DNA of 60,672 nucleotides, filler included, from Sphacelaria rigidula (Eukaryota): assembly GCA_964200075.2 (NCBI GenBank). It is 8 parts of 8 records of this genome, joined end to end, with 100 filler letters (N's around TTAATTAATTAA, not from the genome) between each part and the next. Parts side by side here need not be neighbours in the genome. Positions count along the whole stretch, not along the records: positions 1 to 7,497 come from CAXNAA020014647.1; positions 7,598 to 15,094 come from CAXNAA020014648.1; 6 more parts are not named here. One strand, 5' to 3'. The notes under the pieces are model-generated. The model searched no databases. It saw nothing but the letters and a program-made list of their open reading frames with translations, and had not been told where the DNA came from. Positions 1 through 12,345 of the stretch are shown here, piece after piece. The translations under genes and the position numbers were made by a program. The number at the start of each line of letters is the position of its first letter. Position 1 is the first letter of the stretch.

Positions 1-2023
1 GGTGGGGGGGGTTTGGGCAGCTCAGCCAAATAGTGTGCGGTGGGGGCGGGCGGTCCGTTGCGGGCTACCGTCGCTACTTTACAACAGCCTTTTTTTTCTT
101 TCTCATCTTTTTTTGACCCTTCTCCTTCCTCGGGACAAGTCCGCACAGTAGTGTCAGGTGATCAAATAATCTATTTCTCCCCCCCCAGTACAACAACCAT
201 TGCATTTTGATGTCGTGGATTGAGTTGGGCACTCCAGCACGCGTCGACGCTCGTTAAGCTTGAGAGCAGTACACACTGTTCATCAAGACAGCATCCATCA
301 AAATCCAATCGAATATCCTCGTATCCAACTTGCGGACCACAGCATGGCGTACGCAAGGCAACAAGGATTTTTCAACGCAGGGAGCAAGCACGCTGGGGAC
401 ATTTCAGAGATGTAGGGACGGATAGCCAAAACATGAAACCTCGGACACGATACGAGTATTAATTACGGTTTGCTCAGGCCGTTGACTACTCTTCGACCTC
501 TGGGGCACTGACAGCACCAAATCCAGTTTCTACGGAGCTCGGCTCCGACGGGAAAAGTGGCCGCAACGACCAGACGTCGAGACATGATCGGTCTCTGTTG
601 AATTTTTTTGGCCACCCAGGTTTCTACTTGCACGACAAGTGATTTATTGATCGAGTGATTTTATTGTCGCGCATTGACTCTGAATGATCCGCGAAGAACC
701 TAGCCGTACCCAAAAACAAAAAGAGGGGTCTTTGGCGTTTGCGCTTGATGGAGATGGAGATGCAACGCCTCCTTGAACGAGGAGGTTCGGGTGTGAGAGA
801 ACCGCGCCAAGATCGGACGCTCTGGCCGGGGCGCGTGGGGACATCTTCAAGAAGAGTAGTGACTGCGCCAGCAGTGACGGCAATCGTATATATGTACCAA
901 ACTGGTGCGAGCGGTAGCGCTAGGCATGATCCTTCTTGAGTAACGCTGCCATGACGGTTTGGTCACAGTCATTTCGAAGCAGTTTTCCGATACATTTCCC
1001 AATTAACTTGACGAAATTCAATGACCCCTGTACACAAGGACACATGGATTTCACCCGCGTTAACAAAGAATAGTGCCGTTTCACCCGCATCTTGAGACCA
1101 CAGGTAACACGAAAAACCACCGGCGTAACCGTGGCCGCCTGCAAGTACTCGTATATATCCAGGGAGTCAACCATGCACCCGCGTCCCTCACTCATGACAA
1201 ACAGCTGCTCCACCCCTGTTGGCTATGGGTTGTGGTTTCAAACAACTCTTGCTGATCGCTCATATCCATGTGATGCCCGTCCGAGCATGATGAAGACCCT
1301 TCCATAAAATATTCACCGGCCTGTTCCACCGCACAAAACTCCAACACACAAAAAACAAAAATTGTGAGCGATCGACTGAAAGGGTTTGAAAAAAAAAGTG
1401 AGGAAGCCCTAACAGACAAGAAATGAATCATAGGGACGTACCCTGAGCGGAAAGGGAAATGGCTTACTTCATGGGAGGTACGCAGCTTAGATGAACAACA
1501 GGCTGAATATGTCGAGTTAAAAAATTGAAATCATCACGAGGCCCAAGAGGGGGCCTTTCAAAGTTCGCAGAGGACTTCACGGTCGTACTCTACATGAAAG
1601 CAGTATTTCGCCGCCCGTCAAATACCTCACACCCGCAGTCATGTTCCAGAACGTCAAGGACGTGAAACCACCAAACGCCTCAATATACTCTCGACCGATG
1701 AAGGGCGGGGCACGCTCGATTATTCGTGACCGGTGGCGCGGCAACGGCTACCAGTCAGTTCAGTCGCAGACTCTCTGTAAACATACCCGTCGCAGGACGA
1801 CAGTTGATCGACCTGGACATCACCTTCGCTCTCCACCAAAGGACGTGCGGATAGGAAATATAAGAAATACGACGAGGCAATCTCAAGGGCACTGGTACTA
1901 CAAAGCAGTGCTGCACAGACTAAATACGTCACATGGCGTATGCTTCGGTGACATGCACCACAATGTTCCTTTTGTATACGCGCGTGCAATCCTAAGGGGG
2001 AATGAGTAAGTAAATAAACTGAC

Positions 2024-4144
2024 CTTCCCCAAGCGTCGACACACTCCTTGGTCATATCCAACAGCTCCATCACTGTCCCAGGATGACACAAGCTACGGCC
2101 GCTGTTCAAGCCACCGTATGCTCCTCCTACTTCTGGAACTCTATCCTGCAGCACGGCGGCCACACCTCCTTTAGCATGGCCACCATCACCGACCTTAGGC
2201 TCCCGAGGTGCTTTGTTAGCATGGTCACCATCCCCGACACTTGGAGCCGGAGATGGAAGCGGTTCGCTCGCCGATTTCTTAGTAGACCTTGCCGCAACGG
2301 CCAGGCCGCTAGCACCACCATCGACCGGGCGGCTGCTGGCGCTACTACTATCGCCTTGCCCACCCGCCTTGTTGCTCGCTGTGATTGTACCAGCATTATT
2401 TTTATCCCCATCGCCACCAACGGCCACCTCGGCATCTTCTACCCGGGGACCCGCATGAGCAGTTACACCGCCCTGCGCGGGCGCCGTGTTGTTGCTCACG
2501 GCGGCGGTCTTACTGGCATTACTCAGATCCCCACCGCCACTAGCCACATCGTTACTAGCTGCCACGGATGGACTGTCGTTGGCACCGGCTGGACGAGCAC
2601 ATGGAGGCTTTGCTTTTCCCTTAGTCTTGCGGCTGAGATCGCCGTCGCTTGCAACGCTTCGTCTTTCGCTTCGCGCTATTGCTCTGACCTTTGCAGCTGC
2701 CATATCACCGGGTGACGCGGAGATGGTCGGTTGCTCAGCGCTGTTTCCCAGAACCACAACGTCGTCGTCGTTGGAGCCCGCAATCTCACTCGAGTCTTTA
2801 CTGCTGCTTGCAGGGGCAACATTTACGGCGGCAGACTCCCCACAAGGAGCTACTCCTTGCTTGCTCTCGGCGCGTTTTTCGTTCACCACCCCACTACGAC
2901 CAGTCAAGTTCTGCTTTTCATCATCCCTACTAGAATCGTCATCAGCAGCAACAGACTGGCCTCCTCTGTTTGACCCCTCCTTGCGCTCACTGCACGCGCT
3001 GCTGCCCTTAGTCAGACTACCTCCAGGATATCCCCCGCCGCGACCCTCATGGCCATCACCAGTAGACTGCTTGGCTCGCAGCGCTTCTTGCTGATCATTC
3101 CGGCGCCCACCACCCTTCCCAGCATGTACTGCAGACATACGTTCGTTGCTCACGGCCTCTTTTGCCGTCGCATCCACCACGGCCTGCGCACCGACAGCCG
3201 TGCCAGCTACCAACGGGTCGACTCCAACACCTTGGGGTCTTTGTCCAGGCTTTGACTCGGCCATGGCAGACGGTTGGCCGGCCTTCCCGTCCGCAACCCC
3301 ATGCGCGCGTTCGCTTGTCGGGGGTGGGCGTCCCGCGGCCGGCCTCACCGCCTCTTCAGCACTTGCGGTCACCCCGGCCACCGGCATCAGCGCAACCCCT
3401 GTGTTTCCATCTGAAAGTGGTTTTTCACCGGACAACCCTCCAACACGATCTCGACCGACACCGCCCTCCTTCTGCGGGGGTTCTACGTTGGGCGCGACGG
3501 TGATTGTTTCAGAGGTAGCAGAAGAAGCAGAAGAAGCAGCAGAAGCAGCAGAAGCAGCAGAAGCAGCAGAAGCAGATTCAACAGCAGGAGTCGTCTTGGA
3601 GTCGGTAGCAATTCCAGTTGCCGTGGCCGTGGCCCTGGCATCAGAAATACCATTACCGGCTACAGCTGACGATTCCGCTCGTTCGACAGTAGCAACGACA
3701 CCAGCACTTCCACTGCTCGCCGAGCTCTTCCCCTTTTTGTGGTCTAACGCGGTTCCCGTCGCCGTCACACCCACCCCTCCGTCCGCCGCACCGGGCGCAC
3801 CAAGATCAGCTCCTACATTTTCCAGGACAGCACGCCGAGAATCCTCTCGCTCACCCAGCACCGCCGGGATCCCGGGAGGGGGTGCTTGGCTGGCACAAAC
3901 GACGTGCGGCGGCGGCTCTGCAGAAGCGGTCGTTGGGCGGGGAGAAACGGAAGCGCCCGCGCCCTGTGTCGCACACCCTCCTACTGCGGCGCCCTGGTTC
4001 GTGCAAGGAGTCGCGGGTTCGTCCTGTTTCAGCGGGACGGCGGAGGAATTTGCCTGAGCTGCACGTGGTGTCGCGGTAAAACCGGAGGCGGGTTGCACCT
4101 CTCTGCTGCCGTTGCTGGCGGCGCTGTTTCTCGCTGGCGGGACC
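2024..4144 (-). CDS. Large internal exon of an Ala/Gly/Ser-rich low-complexity hypothetical protein (core of ORF 1720..4431)
   Basis: About 700 open codons; polypyrimidine tract plus AG acceptor at 4146-4145; AG|GTCAGT donor at 2023-2022; the phase-2 start matches the upstream exon donor. Confidence 0.7.
3518..3577. repeat. Coding 9-bp tandem repeat (GCAGAAGCA)n encoding (SAA)n
   Basis: Directly visible; translates to SASAASAASAASAASSASSA on the minus strand. Confidence 0.9.
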
Positions 4145-4431
4145 CTTTTGAATAGAAGAGCGTCGACGCGAGGCGGGGCATCAAATGGCAAGGCGCAAGG
4201 TAACGGCACGCCGACGGGAGTAAGAGCGAGAGAAAGAGAGAGAGAGAAGGGGCTCAGCAGTTTCGACGAGGGTTCGGCGTACCTACCTGGAACAACACCA
4301 CATTCGCCGCACAATGTCCTCCAAGTGACTGGCTGATGGATACCGTTCGAGGATGAGAACCGACCATTGGTCGCTGGAGACCAATAAGAGGGCGGGGGAG
4401 GGGGGAGGGAGGCCCATGCGATACTACTCAC

Positions 4432-4620
4432 CCGAATAGTTGTAGCAGGGCCCCGTCTTTCATAGTACCTGTCTTGGTCTTGAACGATTCAGATTTCGAT
4501 TCGGGTTTCCAACGTTCAAGCATTTGGAGCCTGCCTGCTAGAGCGTTTTTCTTGACTCGTTCAAGGCAACGGTGGCAGAAGCGTAGCACACACGGTATCA
4601 CTACTACTAGGGCTTCTTGC
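4432..4620 (-). CDS. Upstream exon of the same gene (IPCVLRFCHRCLERVKK...LLQLFG); 5' boundary uncertain
   Basis: GG|GTGAGT donor at 4431-4430 in phase 2 joins in frame to the exon at 4144; contains a C-x4-C-x2-C motif. Confidence 0.5.
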
Positions 4621-5822
4621 AAGACCGACGTTACAGGTGTCTTTTCCGCAAGTCCATGTGTTTCCTGGACCGGTCCAAACGTGATCACGTGACTTACCGT
4701 AGTGGGCGGTCTAACTATCTATTTTGTGGTATTTTGTGGCATTTTGTGATTTTTTCGTAATTGGCGATCTCATTGGGCTCTTTTCGCTTGCCACCGCTCA
4801 TCACATTGAGGATCTGAACATCTTTGTATCCGCTCCACATTTCCAGAAAAAAAAAATCATCTGTGCTCAATATTGAGTGACGTGTGGGCTGACGGGTCAT
4901 GGGGGGTCCTGCCACGTTTCAGCCCAGATTCTTATTCTTCGGTATTTTCGGTCGGTCGAGCCCGCCCCGATCATATTTTTGAAAAAATGTACAGTTTTAT
5001 TTCTTTTAATTCCACCTACTCATTGCACATAGAGTCGAAAAAATGTGTTTCACGTTCAATAACACCCTCCTGATAAACGAGGTATCTACTCGTATCGCCC
5101 GATAACAGCAACCAACACTGACTTGGGTACTATGTTTCGACAATGATATGTTTGTTGTACCAAAATCTACCGACGCTAGCAATTTCGAGTTCTATCGAAG
5201 AGTAGTACGCGAGTAAAACCCCCAAACATCGCTGAATAGTTAGACCGCCCACTACTGTGGTTCAATTCTGCCGTTAAGTTCAACTGTATGTACGCGAGCA
5301 CGTCGTTCGGCTCAAAGATGAGCATGCAAGGTTTTGACTTCTTGCCCTCCGATTCGATCATGGTCATGCAGAGGCTGTACAGTGAAGTTCGAAGATGGCG
5401 GGCGCATGAGATTTTCAACTGTGCCGCCCGTCCGATTTGAAAACGGCCATGTGTGACCTATTTCGGTAGAGCCCGTGTCGTCGTCTTCCTTCCCGGCCAT
5501 AGTCGATCCCTGAATCGGGTCACCACGTGAAGAGCCCCTGCCTATTGTCGGTGCAACATGTGCCGTTTTGGGATCAAGCGTTGACCGGTTCGAAATAAAA
5601 ACAAGGGTGGGTCTAGGCTTGTGCCGATTATGCTCGTATCGAACTTTTTTTTTACAATAATAGCAGATAAAGCGGGTGTAATAGCATACTATAGAGAACC
5701 CTATGTGGCATGTCGATCTCTGCTACAGCTGGCCATGATCATGTTACTTTTCTTTTCTAGCTGCTCACATCTCCACGTTTTCCACGACCGAAAATCAGAT
5801 GCTTCTCAGAAAACAAAATATT

Positions 5823-5925
5823 AAAAAAAAAACATCATCGGTCAGGATTCGAACCCTCGACTCCACCTCACCCCGGTTCAAATATGAGCCGCCTAAGACC
5901 CACCCATCTAGGCGCGGTGGCTGAG
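5823..5925 (-). repeat. tRNA-derived short Pol III-like element (pseudo-tRNA or SINE head)
   Basis: Minus strand has B box GGTTCGAATCC followed closely by a long T run; the acceptor stem does not pair, so it is not a functional tRNA. Confidence 0.5.
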
Positions 5926-6808
5926 AGAGCAAACGATATCCGAGTAAAAGTCTGTATGGATGGAGATTCGGACGCACAAAACATGCACGCGAGAGATTGC
6001 ACTGTGATACTACGTCATGTCGCGCGCTGCTTCCTCAACACGAGCATAGCCTCCATCATCACCTGTTGACGGTCTTTCCCAGCCTTCGGGTCCTCGGCCG
6101 CTGGAGCTCCGCCTGTCGCTTTGCGTCCGTCTCCAGCAGCACGAAGCTCTTCAGGGCATCAATAGAGGCCTCGAGCACAACAAGTCACAATAGCAAGAAC
6201 AAGTGGATCATGGCACAGGGGGGCAGGGCAAGCGAAACATGAAAATGCCGGAATAGACGAAACAAAACAAAAACAAAAACACGCACACACGCACAAGAAC
6301 ACTACAAAATGGAATGCAGGCGCGCAGGCGGGCACACAAGAAGAAAGAAAAAAAAAACGAAAACAAACAAACAAACAAACGAAGTTCAGAACCTCAAACA
6401 CAGGGTGAACACGACCATATCGATATATTTACGTATATCGGGTGATGAAGCGCAGCACACATCCACGAATGTGCATGAACTCTGTACGATCCACATCAAA
6501 CTTGAAAGTTTGGTTTAGCGCAGACCAGACCACCACGCTCTCCCGCGCAAATCTGATGCATTGCCTGTTACGTGATGTGATCCCGTTTGCGACCTTCAAT
6601 CCAATCCTGCCACCGGATCCTAAATGGAGTATTTGTTGTTACGGTACGACAAATCCACTACAGTGGCTAACTGCCCTTCTTCAAACACACACCTGTATCT
6701 GCTGCGCGATTTTGGTGTACTCGAGTCGGCGGGGTTCACCTCCAACACCTCCTGCCTCATCCCTGTCGCTCGGTTTGAGGGCTTTATTTCGGGTTTCCGC
6801 TCTGGCGG

Positions 6809-7250
6809 AGAAAAAAAAAAAAAGAGAGCAAGAAAAAATAATCAACAAGAGGGAAAAAAGAGAAAAAAAACAATGGAGAACAACAAAAATGAGAAAAACG
6901 CAACGAAAAAATAACGAAACAAGAAACATGAAGGAGAGTTAGAAATGAGGAAAAGTGGAAAAATGAAAAATTAAAGAAAAATGAAGAAAGAAAAAAAAAA
7001 CGGGAAGAATGAAGAAAAAAGAAAAGTGAACACAAAAAGGAGGGAAAATGAGAGAAAAATAAAACAAATGGAAAAGTACGAGGAAGGGTGGCAGAAAACG
7101 ATGACAATCACAAGAACAAAACAGCGACCGGAAATAACGGTGAATACACAGAGGTAGATGTGAATACAAAGAAAAGAAAAAAAAGAAAACAGATTGAAAA
7201 TATTTGAGAAGAGAGAACGAACAGAACGAATATCATATTCATGCAAATAT
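6809..7250. repeat. A/purine-rich low-complexity tract
   Basis: Long A/G-rich run; source of several spurious K/E- and F/S-rich ORFs. Confidence 0.85.
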
Positions 7251-7497
7251 GCCAAATATGACAGCGAAGCGGTGATTTTCCTACAGCACACGCCAGAAAA
7301 CAAAGGATGGGAAAAACATATACCGCAAGGTCGTGAAAGGAAACAAGTATGCGACAGCAGAACGGCTTACGATAGAAAAAAATATACGAAAAAGCACGCA
7401 ATGCAGGAGTCATGTTACGATAGGGTGAGTGGGGGGGGGGGATATTTTGGGCCATTTCTTCCACGAAATTTCACTTCAAAATGCCGTTGAAAAGCAC

Positions 7498-7597
7498 NNN
7501 NNNNNNNNNNNNNNNNNNNNNNNNNNNNNNNNNNNNNNNNNTTAATTAATTAANNNNNNNNNNNNNNNNNNNNNNNNNNNNNNNNNNNNNNNNNNNN
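7498..7597. other. Artificial contig-joining spacer N44-TTAATTAATTAA-N44 (also 15095-15194, 22692-22791, 30289-30388, 37885-37984, 45481-45580, 53077-53176)
   Basis: Identical 100-bp spacer with a six-frame stop linker, recurring every 7596-7597 bp; intervening contigs are 7497 or 7496 bp in descending size order. Confidence 0.98.
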
Positions 7598-7779
7598 TTT
7601 ACAGCGTCATCGCCAAGCGACGCCAACCCCATCGGGGGTCCGCCATCGGAGGGGGGGGGGAACGAGAGGGAGGGGATGGGGCGACAATACAACACAGCAG
7701 CTGTGCGCTTCTGCACTCGAGGTCGACGTTTGCCTCGCGAGTGGCGAATGGCACCACTGATCCTGAGAGACGGAAAGGG

Positions 7780-9550
7780 ACATGCAGTACATGTATTCTT
7801 TTATGCGTTTCGCTCATGCTGGCGCGGGCATTGGCCCCGAGTTCGGCGAGAATTTAATCGCGGGCTCAAGCACTCCGGAATATTGGCACTCAGCTGCCAA
7901 CGAAGGGTGGGTCGCGGTGAATACGACGGGGGGTGTTAAACAAGGTGGCGTACGTCATGTGTGCTGCTCCTCGGCGCCTCAGGCCTCGCCCTCAACAGGA
8001 ACAGCACCAGCGGTAGGGTGTGCGGCAGGAACTATTGATAGTGGCTCTGTATCCGCTTGGCTTCAGTGCGTGGCAGCAGCGCAAGGTCGTCCCCAGTTCG
8101 TCTTGGCCATGCCGTTCGGACACAGTACGATCTTGCGTTCGGCTAAGCAGAGGCGGTGAGTACTTCAGCATGACGAATGTGGTCCTTTTCACGCCTTAAT
8201 GTACGCACTGTCGAACTAGTACATCGCATAGTGCTCCCTGGGGATGACCCGGGCGCGGGGATCAGGGGGACATGCTGCGTCGATGGGGTTGTTGCGCTCA
8301 ACAACTGTTTGGATATCAGCGGCTGGTGTCGTACGCGACCTTGGGCTAGTTCCGAGCTGAACCTACTCTTGGCCCGTATAGTTGGGCAGAGTAGAGCTGC
8401 GCGGTGTTTGACCCCGGGCGGTGCAGTACAGGTGAGCACAACATAGTGTGCTGCGGCCAGGCGGTACTGTTGAGCCCGCATGCCGGTTGTGCTGTGGTTC
8501 AAAGCACTACGTTCGCCGCAGTGCAGCTTTTGAGAGGGTCGCAGTCCTGCTCACCTGGCGCATTGGCCTGTTTTCTTGTACGAATGGAGCCGGCTGCTGG
8601 CTTCGCTGCCTGCCCCCGCGCGCTCCTTCTCTCCGAGTAGATACACGAAGTGGAGCGGCGGAAGATCACTGCTTGAGGCACGATGTGTGTCGAGAGGGGG
8701 AGGGTGGTTCGTGCACGACTGTATCATGTTGTGGTGTGTGAAGTGGAGAAAGCAGTCTCGGCCAGTTGGGAACACCAGCTACTTCATATTTTGGCACCAC
8801 TGCCGCGCTTTCTAATGTTTCCGGCGTTTTGCCGTATTCCTGATCACTACCCGATGGTACTTGCTGACGCACCCGTCGTGTGGCGAGGGGTCTGCGGCCG
8901 CGAGTGGATAAGGAAAACCGTGCAACCTTCTGCGCGCGTATCCAAGGGAGCACTGACCTTCAAACCGAGAATGACTCCGCCGAGTGACGCGACCCACGAC
9001 GTATCCTTTCACAAGCGCCGTGTGTGAAGCGGAGGGACCCGAAACACCCTAGGCTTTACTGCCTACCGACACCCGACGCGGGGGGGTTCGCTCGCTCCGC
9101 GAATCCGTGACAGCTGCCCCCCTCAAGAATATGGCCAACTGGCACTGGAGAACGCCCCGCCCTTTGGTCTGCCCGCAGTCCAATTTCCGCTACGTCGACT
9201 CGCTGCTCACCCGACCCGTTCTCGCCCCACGATGTTCGGGTTGGAAATCTGATACCATGCTGCTGATCCCACGCCGTTGCGGACCCTGGTGATGGACTAG
9301 TTCCCTTCTGTTTCTGTGGCGCACAGATCTCCTGGTTGAAGTGCCAGAAACGCTGAGATTTGGAATTGTGCGCGCGTATGACCACTGTGCTTCTTTCCTT
9401 TACCGTCGATTCTACTGCGAGGCCGTGTCCACCTGCTCGAGACAACAACGGTTCAAGCGATTCCTTCGCCGTGTCCTGGCGCCTGCTAGACCCTTACCTA
9501 TGCGCGGTGGCGTGCCCACCACATTGCCAAATGGCCGATGGAACTGTCCA
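7780..9550 (+). mobile_element. Heavily decayed non-LTR retrotransposon (CRE/R2-like: RT plus restriction-like endonuclease)
   Basis: Frameshifted motifs in the expected order: GVKQGGVRHV (~K..GGVRPI), AQGRPQFV (~QQGDPL), AGCWLRCLP (~AGAWLxALP), LLSFTVDSTAR (~FLPFAVETYG). Confidence 0.55.
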
Positions 9551-10980
9551 ACAGGCTCTGTTGAAGTACTATATAGATGGGACAATAACAATATACCGGA
9601 TTCCCCACAAGATGAACGTAATACTATTGTACCTGGCGATCCTTCCATGGCATTCACTAAAGTGTATCAGGCTCCCGAATCGGCCAGATATAACATTCCC
9701 TGTATTACGAACATCAGATATCATAAGATATATCGATACATCACGGTATGTCGAATATCATCTCCCGAATGCCTATAAAGTAAGTACCGGAAGTGACAAT
9801 CGATACATCGGTATGAGCTGATCATGACGCACATCCCCAGCGGCATCCGTTGCCCAACGAACCAACCCTTCGACTGAGAAGATTTTGGGATTCGGTAAAT
9901 TTTGCCGATGAAACCGAGTCAAAAAATATTCTCTCCTGCCTAGACCTTTGCAGTCCCCGCCACGAGAGAAAGTAGAAAAATGAACAACAAAAATGGCTAT
10001 GTCTTCCTCGACAAGTATTTGGCTTTCGAACAAATTCCCGATGATTTCCACCTCTCGTGGAGAGCTTTGCAAGGACGTACTTGAAACTTTCTACTCTCCG
10101 GGAGGTCCCTTCCCCCCCCCTACCCCCCGCCTTTACCCTCGTGCGGCGATAACCCGGCATGCTCCGCCTCGGCAGTGGAGTAAAGGGCTCCCTGTTCGCG
10201 TCGGTTGACAATGACGCGTAAAACACGCCACTCACTGCGTAAGCTAGGCAACCAGGTAACCGGGTTTTTCTTGCGCGCTTGCCTTCTTCGCGGTAACCAT
10301 GATGGTGGCCGAGCTAGATCACATTGTGCGGGGTAGTAGAAACTCAACTTCGCGCAAAGAGTATGATCATACCGCGTAGTGCTTAAATTGTGAGACGCCC
10401 ATGAGGAAGTGTATGGCCCGTGGCTGTCTCTGGAAGTGGCGATACCAGAAAATAAAGCAACTCTTCAGAGGCTGCCATCCAAATGCAAAATAATCAGAAG
10501 GCTTTCCGCCGCCCAATCTTAGCAGGATGCAGCTCACCCTTCATGCGACTCGCCGAACACATCACGGCGCTTCGCGCTCGGTGATTGATTGCGAGCCTGG
10601 TCCCGTGAAAGCCCGGCGTGCTCCGTCCCGGCCTTGTAGGCATGCGAGGTCAATGGTCTGATGAATACGGCATGCAAGATCATGATTACTCCTCCCCCCA
10701 TCCCCCCCGCCCGCAAATGACAATACGAAGACGTGTTTAACGTATCACGATACTTGAAAGACCTTGCCCAGTAAAGCAGCCAAAGGTATCCTTGGTAAAA
10801 TCTGCTCATGTGCAAGTCGACAATACTGCAACCACGGCTCATTTCGCAGCGGATCAGTATACGGGACATGATTGAATCCATGGTGAAAGTCTGGCCTGCA
10901 TCAAAATGGTTCTGAGTTTCATCACAAAGTCAAGTCATAGAGAATAGACAAAATAGGAGTATATCAGGTGGTTCCAGAAA

Positions 10981-11330
10981 CAAAATAGGGTAGTGTACTT
11001 TACGGTTCGGGGGCACAGCGCTGCACGCAGGCTGAGCACCTCCGAAACAGCTCCCAGTGCCTCAGCCCCACGCCCAACGTCCGTGGGCAGGATGCCCAAC
11101 CTTCTTTTCTTATGACACAGGGTTACAGGTTTGTCCATGGCGCGGGAAAGGAGAGCCTGTTAGAGCACCCTATTCTGTCGAACAAACCAGCAGGGTAGAC
11201 CAGAGTCTCCGTTAAAAAGATATATCATACCCCCTTTCCATTCATTTGAGTACCCCTTGCGCTTACGTGAGTACCCCCTTTTTGTTCAATGGTGGCCCAC
11301 CGTACTGCGGGCTCCGCAGCGGACACGCCG
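10981..11330 (+). repeat. Dispersed ~350-bp repeat; diverged inverted copy at 12865-13214
   Basis: Shared blocks such as ACCCTATT.TGTCGAACAAACCAGCAGGG and CAGCGCTGCACG occur in reverse complement at 12865-13214. Confidence 0.8.
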
Positions 11331-11629
11331 AACAACCCCAGGCATACCCCATATTGTCCAATCATTCCTCCACAGAAAAAAACGAAAAAAGCCCGCGACC
11401 GAGAAATTGTGGCCCGCATGTGTGCGGGGCGCGAACGCTCCTGTGCGGGAGAGATCACAAAGCCGAAAAAGGTGCGTAACATTTTGCCCGCATACACACG
11501 GCCGAAAGTCATCATGTCGTCTCCCCATGCCGAAGAAGAGAGCGTTGCGGCATCTGTGGTTCGTGGATCAGGACGAATCGTGACCGACCAGACTGCAGTG
11601 AATCTACGAATCGGATAAGGCATAATCGG

Positions 11630-11730
11630 ATGTAAACTGCTGTGACCCCCGCTGATGCGCGCACTTAAGTACCCAAAGGGGTATACTGGCGTCCAGATAG
11701 ATGGGATGCCAACACACACAAACACACACA
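11630..11730 (+). mobile_element. SINE/LINE 3' tail ending in (CA)n, same tail family as 53989-54672
   Basis: CTGATGCGC...GGCGTCCAGATAGATGGGATGCCAACACACAC matches the 3' ends of both SINEs at 54 kb and the contig end at 53050-53076. Confidence 0.75.
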
Positions 11731-11944
11731 TCGCCGAGACATGATGTTAAGATTTTCGAGAAGACCAAAGCACAGCGCGCCCCATCAAAGTGGAACATCA
11801 TCAGTGCCCCTTACGAACGACGTTATGCAGCAGGGCGGCAGCGCCGCCGGCCGGTCATCACTACAAATGGACAACCTCAACAACGGAGAATCGTTCGCAA
11901 CTGCAGCTGATTAAAGGACGGCAGCTGAGCGCACTCTCCTTCGT

Positions 11945-12345
11945 AGGGCCGCGCACTGGGGAGCGACAGGCGAGTGACCGGCAGCAGGAGCAAGCTGCGC
12001 CGTCGCGCTGGTTGTGTTTTGAAGGCGGGCGGGCAAGGGGTGTGTGAGTGTCAGGCACTCGCGCACACATACGAGCGTAAATCAAAGGAAAGGATCATCA
12101 CGGGGTGCCATTTCACCCACGAAAAGCTGCGCGGAATTGAAAACTGTTTTGATAACCGCGCAGTGATCGTGGGAGAAATTGCACCTCGCGATGATCGTTC
12201 TCCTTCGCTTAACGCGTGCATCCGCGTGCGAGTGTCTGGCGCCTACCAACCCCTTGTGCCTCCGCCCTAAAGACATATCCAGCACAACGGTGTAGCTTGC
12301 TCCTGCTGCCCATCACTCGCCTGTCGGTCACCATTTTGCGGCCTG
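11945..12345. mobile_element. Foldback element/MITE with diverged ~195-bp inverted arms
   Basis: GGCAGCAGGAGCAAGCT pairs with AGCTTGCTCCTGCTGCC and CTGCGCGG pairs with CCGCGCAG around a centre near 12147. Confidence 0.8.

Noticed and set aside
920-1027. Terminal exon of the contig-1 gene (GSLNFVKLIGKC...KKDHA*)
   Set aside because: Plausible acceptor, but its phase does not match the donor at 2023 without an unidentified intermediate exon.
1720-4431. Single-exon 903-aa protein, and antisense ORFs 2083-4057
   Set aside because: The ORF starts at a GTGAGT splice donor and its first ~95 codons include an intron polypyrimidine tract; the plus-strand ORFs are shadows of GC-rich coding sequence.
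6442-7490. Lys/Glu-rich and Phe/Ser-rich ORFs
   Set aside because: Products of an A-rich low-complexity tract.
7542-7553. Regularly spaced TTAATTAATTAA palindromes as a biological array
   Set aside because: Embedded in fixed N padding; assembly linker.
10600-10680. Hammerhead ribozyme in the C-tailed element (GAAA ... GTC ... CTGATGA)
   Set aside because: CTGATGA occurs in only one copy (others have CTTATGA, CAAATGA, CATATGA), and stems II and III cannot be formed around the core.
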